Shown piece after piece: positions 46,116-55,512 of a stretch of DNA of 64,000 nucleotides (its first letter is position 1; each line of letters starts with the position of its first letter). Both the position numbers and the translations under genes were made by a program. The stretch is from an uncultured Prevotellaceae bacterium (GTDB lineage: Bacteria; Bacteroidota; Bacteroidia; Bacteroidales; Bacteroidaceae): contig CAMYZO010000001.1 of assembly GCA_947303855.1 (NCBI GenBank), positions 24,072 to 88,071 on the forward strand. The letters are read 5' to 3'. The notes beneath the pieces were generated by a model, which worked only from the letters and a program-made list of their open reading frames with translations, was not told where the DNA came from and made no database searches.

Positions 46116-47036
46116 ATGAAGAAGTTTATCTGTTCGTTGGCATTCATCATAGTAGGCTTGTTCGTCGCCGACAGACTTGGCGGCATAGCCATGCGCTGGG
46201 TTGGCGAGCATACCAACGATGTGCTTGGCCCCAAACTGAGATACCTGCAGCACGACATACACGAAGACATGGTCCTGATAGGGGCCTCACGCTGCCACCA
46301 CCACTACCTGCCGTCCATTCTTTCCGACTCGTTAGGCATGAGCGTCTACAATGCCGGCGTTGGCGGTTCCGACAACATTTTCTCCCATTTCATCGTACTT
46401 TTCCACATCCTCCAGCGCTACACACCGAAGGTTGTTTGCCTTGAAGTGATGCCAACAGACTATTGCCGGCAGGATGATCCATTCAACGTCCTTAGCTTCT
46501 ACGCGCCACTGTACGGCTACTGCGAGAAGGCCGACTCGATATATCGGTTAGCCGGCAAGCACTGGCGCTACCAGGTATCCCATCTGTACCGGTATAATGC
46601 GAAGGCTGCATCAAACATCGTAGGACTGGTGCTTAACCGGCAGAAAGATAACGACAATGGCTATATACCGCTGCCCAAGCCAAATTCGCTGCCGGGAAGC
46701 CCTACTACAGAAAAGGCGCGGTACGACACAGACAGCCTGAAGATAGAATACATTGAGCGCTTTATCGGCCTTTGCCGGGCGCATCAGATACGAATCGTCT
46801 TCACGGTGTCGCCCAAATACACCCTTGTGGAGCCAGAGCACTACAAGGTACTGAAGGACATAGCCCAAAGGAACCACATCCCATTTATGGACTATCACAC
46901 CCGAGGACTGTACATAGACCGTCCCGACTATTTCAAGGACGTCACCCACCTGTGGGATGAAGGAGCAAGGCGTTTCTCTTCCGTTTTTGCTACCGACATC
47001 AAGAGCGTTTTAGAACAAACAGATCGTAGGAATTAA
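46116..47036 (+). CDS. SGNH-like hydrolase/acyltransferase partner of the MBOAT
   Basis: N-terminal anchor, IGASR (block I-like), YNAG, FKDVTHL..EGA (DxxH). Confidence 0.7.
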   Translation: MKKFICSLAFIIVGLFVADRLGGIAMRWVGEHTNDVLGPKLRYLQHDIHEDMVLIGASRCHHHYLPSILSDSLGMSVYNAGVGGSDNIFSHFIVLFHILQRYTPKVVCLEVMPTDYCRQDDPFNVLSFYAPLYGYCEKADSIYRLAGKHWRYQVSHLYRYNAKAASNIVGLVLNRQKDNDNGYIPLPKPNSLPGSPTTEKARYDTDSLKIEYIERFIGLCRAHQIRIVFTVSPKYTLVEPEHYKVLKDIAQRNHIPFMDYHTRGLYIDRPDYFKDVTHLWDEGARRFSSVFATDIKSVLEQTDRRN

Positions 47037-47048
47037 ACACAAAAGACG

Positions 47049-48467
47049 ATGAACGACTTGATAAGCACGATTAACGAGGCCCTTTGGGGCTATGTTCTGA
47101 TAGGCACACTCGTAGCGTGCGGCCTCTGGTTTACATGGAAGACCAAGGGGGTGCAGTTCCGCATGGTGGGAGAGATGTTCAGACTGCTCACCGACTCAGC
47201 CACCTCCGGCACCAAGAACCTCAGCGACGCCGATGAAGGCCACAAGCATATCTCCTCGTTCCAGGCCTTTGCCGTCTCCGTAGCCACGCGTGTGGGCACA
47301 GGAAACCTGGCCGGTGTGGCAACGGCCATAGCCATCGGCGGGCCCGGTGCGGTGTTCTGGATGTGGGTCATTGCCCTGATAGGCTCTGCGACGGCTTTCA
47401 TCGAGTCAACCCTTGGCCAGCTGTTCAAGCAGCGCCACAAGGATTCGTTCATTGGCGGCCCCGCCTATTACATCAAAAACGGCCTGCACAGCAAGTGGCT
47501 TTCCATGCTGTTTGCCGTGCTCATCACCATCACCTTCGGCCTGTCGTATAACTCCATCCAGAGCAACACCATCTGCGGGGCCATGCACGAGGCCTTCGGC
47601 TGGAGCCCCCTGGTTGTCGGCACCATCCTTGCCGTGACAGCCCTTGCCATCGTCTTTGGAGGCATCCACCGCATAGCCAACGTCAGCGCGCTGCTGGTGC
47701 CAGTGATGGCCATTGGCTATTTCATCCTGACAGTGGTCATCATCATCACAAACATTGAACTGATACCCCACGTACTGAAGGTGATTGTCATCAGTGCCCT
47801 GGGCTTGGAGCAGGGGGTTGGCGGTGCCATAGGGGCCACTATCATGAACGGCGTGAAACGCGGTCTGTTCAGCAACGAGGCCGGCGAAGGCAGTGCGCCC
47901 AATGTGGCAGCCACCGCCACCGTGAGTCATCCCGTCAAGCAGGGTCTTATCCAGGCACTTGGCGTTTTCACCGACACTCTGCTGGTCTGCTCATGCACGG
48001 CCTTCGTCATACTTCTCAGCGGCCTGTACAGCGTGCCAGAGCTCAACGGCATAGCGCTGACCCAGGCTGCCCTCAGTTCAGAGATAGGCTCCTTCGGCCC
48101 TACGTTCATTGCCATTGCCATCCTTCTGTTTGCTTTCTCCAGCATCATCGGCAATTACTATTACGGCGAGGCAAACATACGCTTTATGACCTCCAGCCAG
48201 CCGGTTCTTACCATATACAGGATATTCTCTGGCGGGGTGGTCGTGATGTTCGGCGCCCTTGCCAGTCTTGAAATCGTCTGGAACATAGGCGACCTGTGCA
48301 TGGCCTTGCTCACGGCCTGCAACCTGGTAGCCATCGTGAGTCTTGGGAAATATGCCTTCCTGCTGCTCGACGACTACAGGCAACAGAAAAGAAACGGGAT
48401 AAAAGAGCCAACCTTCCACCGCAGCCAGCTGCCCGAGATAGAGAAAGACCTGTCATGCTGGGATTAG
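47049..48467 (+). CDS. alanine/glycine:cation symporter (AGCS family)
   Basis: RVGTGNLAGVA, GGPGAVFWMW, GGPAYY, KRGLFSNEAGEGSAP. Confidence 0.93.
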   Translation: MNDLISTINEALWGYVLIGTLVACGLWFTWKTKGVQFRMVGEMFRLLTDSATSGTKNLSDADEGHKHISSFQAFAVSVATRVGTGNLAGVATAIAIGGPGAVFWMWVIALIGSATAFIESTLGQLFKQRHKDSFIGGPAYYIKNGLHSKWLSMLFAVLITITFGLSYNSIQSNTICGAMHEAFGWSPLVVGTILAVTALAIVFGGIHRIANVSALLVPVMAIGYFILTVVIIITNIELIPHVLKVIVISALGLEQGVGGAIGATIMNGVKRGLFSNEAGEGSAPNVAATATVSHPVKQGLIQALGVFTDTLLVCSCTAFVILLSGLYSVPELNGIALTQAALSSEIGSFGPTFIAIAILLFAFSSIIGNYYYGEANIRFMTSSQPVLTIYRIFSGGVVVMFGALASLEIVWNIGDLCMALLTACNLVAIVSLGKYAFLLLDDYRQQKRNGIKEPTFHRSQLPEIEKDLSCWD

Positions 48468-48473
48468 GCAGCC

Positions 48474-50510
48474 TCAGAGGTATTTGACGGCCAGCATCGT
48501 CAGGTCGTCGCTCTGCTCAGCCTCGCCGACGAAAGCCTGTACGGCTTCAGACATTCTTCCGACAAGCGTTTCCGGCCGGTTCTCTCCGTCTGCCAACACG
48601 GACTTTGCAACCCTGACAATCTGGTCGTCGCCAAATTGTTCATGCACATTGTTCTCAGCTTCATTCAGTCCGTCGGTATAGAGGAAGATGGTGGTCTGCG
48701 CTTCCATCGTCACCTGCTGCGAAGAGAACTCCCATTCCGCCATCACACCGAGAGGCAGATTGGCGTCGCACGGCAACAGCCCCACCCCACGGCCTATCAG
48801 CAGCGGTGCATTATGGCCTGCATTGGAATAAGTCAGCAAACCGGTTGCCAGGTCAAGCACACCAACGAAGAGAGTAACAAACATGCTGGTCTCGTTGCTG
48901 TCGGACAGCGACTTGTTGAGGGCACCCACAATTTGTTGAGGCGCTGACACGTGGGCCGCGATGTTGCGGAACAGTGAGCGGGTGACAGCCATCACCAGCG
49001 AGGCTGGCACACCCTTGCCCGACACGTCGCCGATGCAGAAGAACAGCTGCTCGTTGCGGATAAAGAAGTCGAAGAGGTCGCCACCCACATCCTTAGCAGG
49101 TGTCACCGTACCGAAGATGTCGATGTCGGCACGCTCGGGATAGGGCGGGAAGGTCTTTGGCAGCATCGACATCTGTATGTCGTGGGCCACCCTCAGTTCG
49201 CTCTCCAACGATGCCTTCTGGGCGGTGGTCTCCTGCAGTTCCCTGACATAGGCGGTGAGCGAGAGCTGCATCTTCTCGAACGAGTCGCGCAGGAGCTGAA
49301 TCTCGTCGCGGCACTTCAGCTTGGGCAACTCGGCATTGAAGTTACCCTTAGCCACCTCGTCGGCCGAGGCCGCCAGCTGTTTCAGCGACTTTGTTGCCTT
49401 CTTGATAGACCGTCGGCCGGCGAAGAAAACGACAAGCAGACCAAGAAGGATGAAGAAGACGAAAATGCTGGCAATGACGGTGGTAACCATCTTGATGACA
49501 AACGTGGGAGCCACCCAGGCAACAGACCAGCCAGACTCTCCGAGAGGCATGTATAAGACGTCAACATCCACGCCGTCGAGCATCAGGTTGTCACTCCTGA
49601 ACCCACTTTCGCCCCGAACCATCAGGTGGCCGATGTGGTCGTCAAGCGTATCGGTAGTCTGCTTGGCATAGTCAAAATAATTGCCGTTGATGACGCGCCG
49701 GCGGTCAGGATGAACGAGATAGTTGCCGTCGCCGTCAAGGACAAAGGCATAGAGTTCGTCGGCAGCATCCCACGCTCCTGACACGCTGTCAGCATCATTC
49801 CTGAAATCAGCTGTAACCTTCCAGCGAACAGAATCGCCATCCTCGCCACGATAAGTCTTTTTGACCACCTGAAGCCTGTCGGCCATGAAGTCGAGTGCCA
49901 GGTCAACACCCAGCACGGCCACCGTCTGACCGTCGCGGTCGCGGATGGGCGACAACCATGATATCAGGGGTGTGTGCTTGTCCTGCCCGTCGAAGAACGG
50001 CTTCGACCACCCACCCGCCGTGGCAGTCATGGCCTTGGCGAACCACTCGGAACTGAGATAGTCGTGACGCTTGTCACCAATCGTCGTGACTGTGACGATG
50101 CTGTCGCTGTCGCTTCTCTGTGCGTAGGGACAGAACCAATGGCCTTTCTGCGCGTAGTAGTCGGCAGCGAAACTGACGCCACAGCTGCGGATGCTCGGAT
50201 TCCGGCGAACCATGTTCTCCATGATGTCGTACATCTTGTCGGGCTTGTCAAGGTTATCCTCAATACGGGGGACGGTGTTGGCTGAGGCCACCTGGATTTC
50301 AGACAGGGAACGCCAAATCATCTCGTTCCGCCCCTCAAGGTATTTCTGCGCCACATAGTGGGCAGCAGCCATGAGCGAAGCCCAGCCGGCAAAGAAGAAC
50401 CAGAACGATACCAGCCCCATCACGATTATCACGACGAGCATCACACGCCAGGTAAGCCGTTTGGCAAAAGAGTGTGGATAGGGTTGCTTATTTCTTTTGA
50501 ATGATATCAT
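48474..50510 (-). CDS. membrane sensor phosphatase: Cache + HAMP + SpoIIE/PP2C (RsbU-like)
   Basis: Two TM segments; WSKPFFD (Cache); DEIQLLRDSF (HAMP); DVGGDLFD, IGDVSGKG, YTDGLNEA, QSDDLT. Confidence 0.9.
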   Translation of the reverse strand: MISFKRNKQPYPHSFAKRLTWRVMLVVIIVMGLVSFWFFFAGWASLMAAAHYVAQKYLEGRNEMIWRSLSEIQVASANTVPRIEDNLDKPDKMYDIMENMVRRNPSIRSCGVSFAADYYAQKGHWFCPYAQRSDSDSIVTVTTIGDKRHDYLSSEWFAKAMTATAGGWSKPFFDGQDKHTPLISWLSPIRDRDGQTVAVLGVDLALDFMADRLQVVKKTYRGEDGDSVRWKVTADFRNDADSVSGAWDAADELYAFVLDGDGNYLVHPDRRRVINGNYFDYAKQTTDTLDDHIGHLMVRGESGFRSDNLMLDGVDVDVLYMPLGESGWSVAWVAPTFVIKMVTTVIASIFVFFILLGLLVVFFAGRRSIKKATKSLKQLAASADEVAKGNFNAELPKLKCRDEIQLLRDSFEKMQLSLTAYVRELQETTAQKASLESELRVAHDIQMSMLPKTFPPYPERADIDIFGTVTPAKDVGGDLFDFFIRNEQLFFCIGDVSGKGVPASLVMAVTRSLFRNIAAHVSAPQQIVGALNKSLSDSNETSMFVTLFVGVLDLATGLLTYSNAGHNAPLLIGRGVGLLPCDANLPLGVMAEWEFSSQQVTMEAQTTIFLYTDGLNEAENNVHEQFGDDQIVRVAKSVLADGENRPETLVGRMSEAVQAFVGEAEQSDDLTMLAVKYL

Positions 50511-50527
50511 TTTAAATATTTTACCCT

Positions 50528-50590
50528 TTCACTTTTCTCTCTTCACTCTTCTCTCTTCACTCTTCACTCTTCACTATTCACTATTCTCTA
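50528..50590. repeat. 9 x heptamer tandem repeat TTC(A/T)CT(C/A/T)
   Basis: ttcactt ttctctc ttcactc ttctctc ttcactc ttcactc ttcacta ttcacta ttctcta, between infB and the SpoIIE gene. Confidence 0.85.
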
Positions 50591-50598
50591 GCGAAGCG

Positions 50599-53583
50599 CT
50601 ACAGTTTCTGTTCAACCTCAATCTCAGTGAACGTCTCGATGATGTCGCCCACCTCGATGTCGCCCCAGTTGACGAGTGAGATACCGCACTCCAGGCCAGT
50701 GGCAACCTCCTTGGCGTCGTCCTTATAGCGCTTCAGAGCGTCGATGGCAGCGGTGTGGATGACGATGCCATCGCGGATGACACGCGCCTTGTCCTTGTTA
50801 TGGACCTTACCGTCGGTGACCAGACCGCCGGCCACGGTGCCCACCTTAGAAATCTTGAACACCTGCTTGACCTCAATCTCGCCGGTGACAATCTCCTTCT
50901 TCACCTTGTCGAGCATGCCCTGCATGGTTGACTTCACCTCGTCGATGGCGTCGTAGATGATAGAATAGGTATTAATCTCAACGCCTTCGCGCTCAGCCAG
51001 TCTGCGTGCCTCGCCGCTGGGACGCACCTGGAAGCCGACGATGATAGCATCGGAAGCCGAAGCCAGCATGACGTCGTTCTCTGAAATTTGGCCCACGGCC
51101 TTCGAGATGACGTTCACCTGCACCTTCTCGGTAGAGAGCTTGATGAACGAGTCTGACAGAGCCTCGATAGAGCCGTCGGTATCGCCCTTGACAATGATGT
51201 TCAACTCGTGGAACTCGCCCAGTGCAATACGGTGCGAGATATCGTCCAGACCCAGCGTCTTCGTTGTGCGCAGACTCTGCTCACGTTGCAACTGCGTACG
51301 TTTGTTGGCAATTTCGCGTGCTTCCTGCTCGGTCTCCATGATATGGAACGAGTCGCCGGCCGTCGGTGCGCCGTTCAAGCCCAGTATGATAGCGGGCTCG
51401 GCGGGTCCGGCCTGCTCGATACGCTGGTTACGCTCGTTGAACATGGCCTTGATGCGGCCATAGCTGGTGCCGGCCACGACAATATCACCCTGATGGAGCG
51501 TACCATTGGACACCAGCACCGTTGACACGTAGCCGCGTCCCTTGTCAAGACTCGACTCAATGATAGAGCCGGTGGCCTTACGGTTGGGGTTAGCCTTCAG
51601 GTCGAGCATCTCTGCCTCCAGCAGTACCTTCTCCAGCAGTTCGTCGACGCCAATGCCCTTCTTGGCCGATATTTCCTGGCACTGGTACTTACCGCCCCAG
51701 TCCTCAACCAGCAGGTTCATATTGGCCAGATCCTCACGAATCTTATCGGGGTTGGCACCGGGTTTATCAATCTTGTTGATAGCGAACACCATCGGCACAT
51801 TGGCAGCCTGGGCGTGGGCGATGGCCTCCTTGGTGGTGGGCATCACCGAGTCGTCGGCAGCAATGATGATGATGGCGATATCCGTTACCTGGGCACCACG
51901 GGCACGCATGGCGGTGAAAGCCTCGTGGCCAGGGGTGTCAAGGAAGGTAATCTGGCGACCGTCCTTCAGCTTAACATTGTAGGCACCGATATGCTGTGTG
52001 ATGCCGCCGGCCTCACCGGCAATGACGTTGGTGTTGCGGATGAAGTCGAGCAGCGAGGTCTTACCATGGTCTACGTGACCCATGACGGTCACAATCGGGG
52101 CACGGCTCAGCAGGTCGTTCTCGTCATCCTCCTCCTCGGTGATGGCGTTCTGCACCTCAGCCGACACGTACTCTGTACTGAATCCGAACTCGTCGGCCAC
52201 AATATTGATGGTCTCAGCATCCAGTCGCTGGTTGATACTCACCATGATACCGATAGACATACAGGTACCTATGACCTGGTTCACACCGACGTTCATCATC
52301 GTGGCAAGCTCCGACACGGTAACAAACTCCGTCAGCTTCAGTACCTTCGACTGTGCTGCCTCAGCTGCCATCTCCTCGCTCAGACGCTCCTGAACGGCAT
52401 CGCGCTTCTCGCGGCGGTATTTGGCACCCTTCTTGTTCTGGTTCTTGGTGGTCAGACGGGCCAGCGTCTCCTTAACCTGGCGTGCCACGTCCTCCTCGTT
52501 CACCTCAAGCGGTTTCTGGGGCTGGCGGTTCTTGTTCTTCTTATTCTTACCACCCTGCTGCTGTTGCTGCTGGCTGGCATTATCATTGAAGTTCTGGTTG
52601 CCGCCCTTCGACTTCTTGTTCTTGTTCTTATTCTGGCTGTCGTTCTTGGCCTCAGCCTCAATGTCGACGCGCTCCTTGCCAATACGCACACGCTTCTTCT
52701 TCTCGCTGCGCTGCTGAGCCAGTTTCTCCTCGCGCTCCTTCTTCTTCTCCTCCTTCGACTTTTTCTTCGGGCGCGTGCTCTGGTTCAGGGCGTCAAGGTC
52801 AATCTTGCCAAGGACGTTCACCTTGGGAGCCATCTTGGCCTCGCTCTTCAACGTGAAGACCTTCGGACCGTTATCGGTAGCGGCAGCAGTAGCTGCGGCC
52901 CCTTCCTTAGTGGCGGGCTGCTCCTGCCGGGGAGCTGCCTCAGCAGGTTTTTCTTGCGGCTGAGCAGCTGCGGGGGCCTTTTCAGCCTTCGGGGTTTCAA
53001 CAGCCTTGGGGGCCTCAACAGGCTTCGGGGCTTCAACAGCCTTCGGAGCCTCAACGTCCTTAGGCGCCTCAACGGTCTTCTGGGTCTCGGCAGGTTTCTG
53101 GGTCTCGGCAGACTTCGGTGCCTCAACAGCCTTTGGAGTTTCCTCTGTATTCGGAGTCTCTACGGGTTGGGGAGCCTCTACGGTTTTCTTTTCAGCCACA
53201 GGACTGACGGCAGCAGCCGCGGGCTTGGGTGTTGCTACTTGAGAAGCGGCAGGCTGGGGGGCAGCCGGCTTGCGGTTCAGACTGTCAAGGTCAATCTTGC
53301 CAAGAGGCTTGAATTGCTGACGCGGTTCAGCCTTCACCACCTCTTCTTCCTTTTTCTTCTCCTTCTCTTTCTTCTTCGGGAAAATCATCTCGGCCTGCTT
53401 CTTGATGGCTTTGTCGCTCTTGAACTCACCCACCAGCGCCTGATACTGTTCGTCGCTGATTTTGGTGTTCGGAGTGGCATCATCCTTCACCTCGCCGAGC
53501 TGAGTTTTCTTCTTCAGGAAATCAACTGCCGTTTGAAGTCCTATATTCAGTTCTGATAATACTTTATTTAATCTTACTCCCAT
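50599..53583 (-). CDS. infB: translation initiation factor IF-2
   Basis: [30 protein letters not shown]; N-terminal PKAVEA-type repeats. Confidence 0.98.
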   Translation of the reverse strand: MGVRLNKVLSELNIGLQTAVDFLKKKTQLGEVKDDATPNTKISDEQYQALVGEFKSDKAIKKQAEMIFPKKKEKEKKKEEEVVKAEPRQQFKPLGKIDLDSLNRKPAAPQPAASQVATPKPAAAAVSPVAEKKTVEAPQPVETPNTEETPKAVEAPKSAETQKPAETQKTVEAPKDVEAPKAVEAPKPVEAPKAVETPKAEKAPAAAQPQEKPAEAAPRQEQPATKEGAAATAAATDNGPKVFTLKSEAKMAPKVNVLGKIDLDALNQSTRPKKKSKEEKKKEREEKLAQQRSEKKKRVRIGKERVDIEAEAKNDSQNKNKNKKSKGGNQNFNDNASQQQQQQGGKNKKNKNRQPQKPLEVNEEDVARQVKETLARLTTKNQNKKGAKYRREKRDAVQERLSEEMAAEAAQSKVLKLTEFVTVSELATMMNVGVNQVIGTCMSIGIMVSINQRLDAETINIVADEFGFSTEYVSAEVQNAITEEEDDENDLLSRAPIVTVMGHVDHGKTSLLDFIRNTNVIAGEAGGITQHIGAYNVKLKDGRQITFLDTPGHEAFTAMRARGAQVTDIAIIIIAADDSVMPTTKEAIAHAQAANVPMVFAINKIDKPGANPDKIREDLANMNLLVEDWGGKYQCQEISAKKGIGVDELLEKVLLEAEMLDLKANPNRKATGSIIESSLDKGRGYVSTVLVSNGTLHQGDIVVAGTSYGRIKAMFNERNQRIEQAGPAEPAIILGLNGAPTAGDSFHIMETEQEAREIANKRTQLQREQSLRTTKTLGLDDISHRIALGEFHELNIIVKGDTDGSIEALSDSFIKLSTEKVQVNVISKAVGQISENDVMLASASDAIIVGFQVRPSGEARRLAEREGVEINTYSIIYDAIDEVKSTMQGMLDKVKKEIVTGEIEVKQVFKISKVGTVAGGLVTDGKVHNKDKARVIRDGIVIHTAAIDALKRYKDDAKEVATGLECGISLVNWGDIEVGDIIETFTEIEVEQKL

Positions 53584-53644
53584 CTATCTATGTACGATTT
53601 ACAGATTTTCTATTTACGATTTACGGATGGCCTCAGGCATATAT

Positions 53645-54904
53645 TTACTCGAACTCTGCACGAAGGATGCTCAGCACCTCATCCACAGTCTCCTCTTCGA
53701 GGTCGGCCTTCTCAATAAGCATCTCGCGCGGGGCGTTGAGCACGGCCTTGGCTGTATCCAGTCCAATGGCCTTGATGCTGTCGATAATCCACTGGTCAAT
53801 CTCATCGGAGAACTCATCCAGGTAGATGTCCTCGTCCTCGACACCCTCGTTCACCACGCGGAACACATCGATGGTGTGCTCTGTCAGCATAGAGGCCAGC
53901 TTGATGTTCATACCCCCCTTACCAATGGCCAGGCTCACCTCCTCAGGCTGCAGGTAAACCTCTGCCTTGTGGTTCTCCTCATCTAAGGTGATGCTGCTGA
54001 CCTTGGCCGGCGACAGGGCACGCTGGATGAACAGCTGCGTGTTGCTGGAGTAGTTGATGACATCGATATTCTCGCCGCCCAGCTCACGGACGATACCGTG
54101 GACGCGGCTGCCCTTGACGCCGACGCAGGCTCCTACGGGGTCGATGCGCTCGTCATAGCTCTCTACGGCCACCTTAGCACGCTCACCCGGCATGCGGGCC
54201 ACGCGCTTGATGGTTATGAGGCCATCGTTGATTTCAGGCACCTCGGCCTCTAACAGACGCTCCAGAAAGACGGGGCTTGTGCGCGAGAGGATGATACGCG
54301 GGTTGTTGTTCTCGTTCTGCACCTCCTTGACGATGGCGCGAACGGTCTCGCCCTTGTGATAGGAGTCGGCAGGTATCTGTTCGCTCTTCGGCAGGTGCAG
54401 CTCATTGCCCTCATCATCCATCAGCAGCACCTCGCGCTTCCACATCTGATAGACCTCGCCTGAGACGACCGTTCCCACCTTGTCCTTATATTTCTGGTAG
54501 AGCGAGTCGTGTTCCAGCTCCAGGATTTTCGAAGCCAGCGTCTGGCGCAGGTTCAGGATGGCACGGCGGCCGAACTTATTGAAGTCCACCTCCTCGCTGA
54601 CCTCTTCGCCCACCTCGTAGTCAGGCTCAATCTTCTGGGCCTCCGACAGGGCTATCTCCTTGTTTTCGTCCTGCACCTCGCCGTCTTCTACGACGATGCG
54701 GTTACGGTGAATCTCGAAGTCGCCCTTGTCGGGGTTGACAATCACGTCGAAATTCTCGTCAGAGCCAAACAGCTTGGCAATGACATTGCGGAAGCTCTCT
54801 TCAAGAACGCTTACCAGCGTAGTGCGGTCTATGTTCTTTGTCTCTTTGAATTCCTGAAAGGTCTCAATCATCGATGGGCCTTTCGCGTCTTTTTTTGTTG
54901 CCAT
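53645..54904 (-). CDS. nusA: transcription termination factor NusA
   Basis: ARMPGERAKVAV, DPVGACVGVKGSR, SLAIGKGGMNIKLAS. Confidence 0.97.
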   Translation of the reverse strand: MATKKDAKGPSMIETFQEFKETKNIDRTTLVSVLEESFRNVIAKLFGSDENFDVIVNPDKGDFEIHRNRIVVEDGEVQDENKEIALSEAQKIEPDYEVGEEVSEEVDFNKFGRRAILNLRQTLASKILELEHDSLYQKYKDKVGTVVSGEVYQMWKREVLLMDDEGNELHLPKSEQIPADSYHKGETVRAIVKEVQNENNNPRIILSRTSPVFLERLLEAEVPEINDGLITIKRVARMPGERAKVAVESYDERIDPVGACVGVKGSRVHGIVRELGGENIDVINYSSNTQLFIQRALSPAKVSSITLDEENHKAEVYLQPEEVSLAIGKGGMNIKLASMLTEHTIDVFRVVNEGVEDEDIYLDEFSDEIDQWIIDSIKAIGLDTAKAVLNAPREMLIEKADLEEETVDEVLSILRAEFE

Positions 54905-54941
54905 TATATTATTTTCGATTTATTTATTTTCGATTTTCAGT

Positions 54942-55409
54942 TTATTTGAAGGCTAACAGGTACTTGACGGATTTTACCTCGTCCATGGAGAACTGCTTGT
55001 CCACATCGACCATGACGGGACGCTTCTTGCCCTCAACGGTCTGCTTCTCCTGAACGGTGATGGTAAACGTGCGACCTTCCACACTCTTCAGCACGCCCTT
55101 CAGTTTGATGCCGTCCTGCTGCAGCACCTCCACCTCGTCGCCGACGTGGTTTCTGTACTGCTGCTCAACCTTGAACGGCTGGCCCAGTCCTGCAGATCCC
55201 ACTTCCAACTCATAGTCGCCTAATTCGTCGCCCAGTTTCTCCTGTAAGAAACGGCTCAGTTCAGCACAGTCTTCAATCCACACACCGTCGGCGTGGTCGA
55301 TTTCTATCACGATGCGGTCGTCGGCACCGAAGATAATGTCTACCAGGAAGTAGTCGTTATTCTGCAACCACTCTTCCACCAATGTCTTTACAACTTCTTT
55401 GTTAATCAT
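54942..55409 (-). CDS. rimP: ribosome maturation factor RimP
   Basis: IEDCAELSR, YELEVGSAGL; first gene of rimP-nusA-infB. Confidence 0.93.
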   Translation of the reverse strand: MINKEVVKTLVEEWLQNNDYFLVDIIFGADDRIVIEIDHADGVWIEDCAELSRFLQEKLGDELGDYELEVGSAGLGQPFKVEQQYRNHVGDEVEVLQQDGIKLKGVLKSVEGRTFTITVQEKQTVEGKKRPVMVDVDKQFSMDEVKSVKYLLAFK

Positions 55410-55434
55410 CTAAAAATAGTGTAATTATAATGCA

Positions 55435-55485
55435 AATGAGAGACCCTCGCTGGGTCTCTCATTCCACTGAACGGGTGCAAAGGTA
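55435..55485 (-). promoter_or_regulatory. rimP promoter and 5' leader hairpin
   Basis: TACCTTTG at 55478-55485, then a 12-bp perfect stem AATGAGAGACCC/GGGTCTCTCATT (55435-55463) in the leader. Confidence 0.7.
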
Positions 55486-55512
55486 CGAAGTTTTCCTGAA
55501 ACGGCCAAACTT

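Noticed and set aside
48474-50510. SpoIIE phosphatase as part of the kinase/PP2C system
   Set aside because: It is over 20 kb away, belongs to a different PP2C subfamily (RsbU-like sensor), and is common in rumen Prevotella.
52980-53180. 18-bp-period repeats in infB
   Set aside because: They encode the PKAVEA-type low-complexity linker usual in IF-2 N-termini.
51814-53556. Long antisense ORFs (580 aa opposite infB; others opposite the M16 peptidase, S41 peptidase, acyl-CoA synthetase and lipoprotein)
   Set aside because: These are shadow frames expected from GC-rich third-position codon bias. They have no recognisable motifs and overlap confident genes almost entirely.
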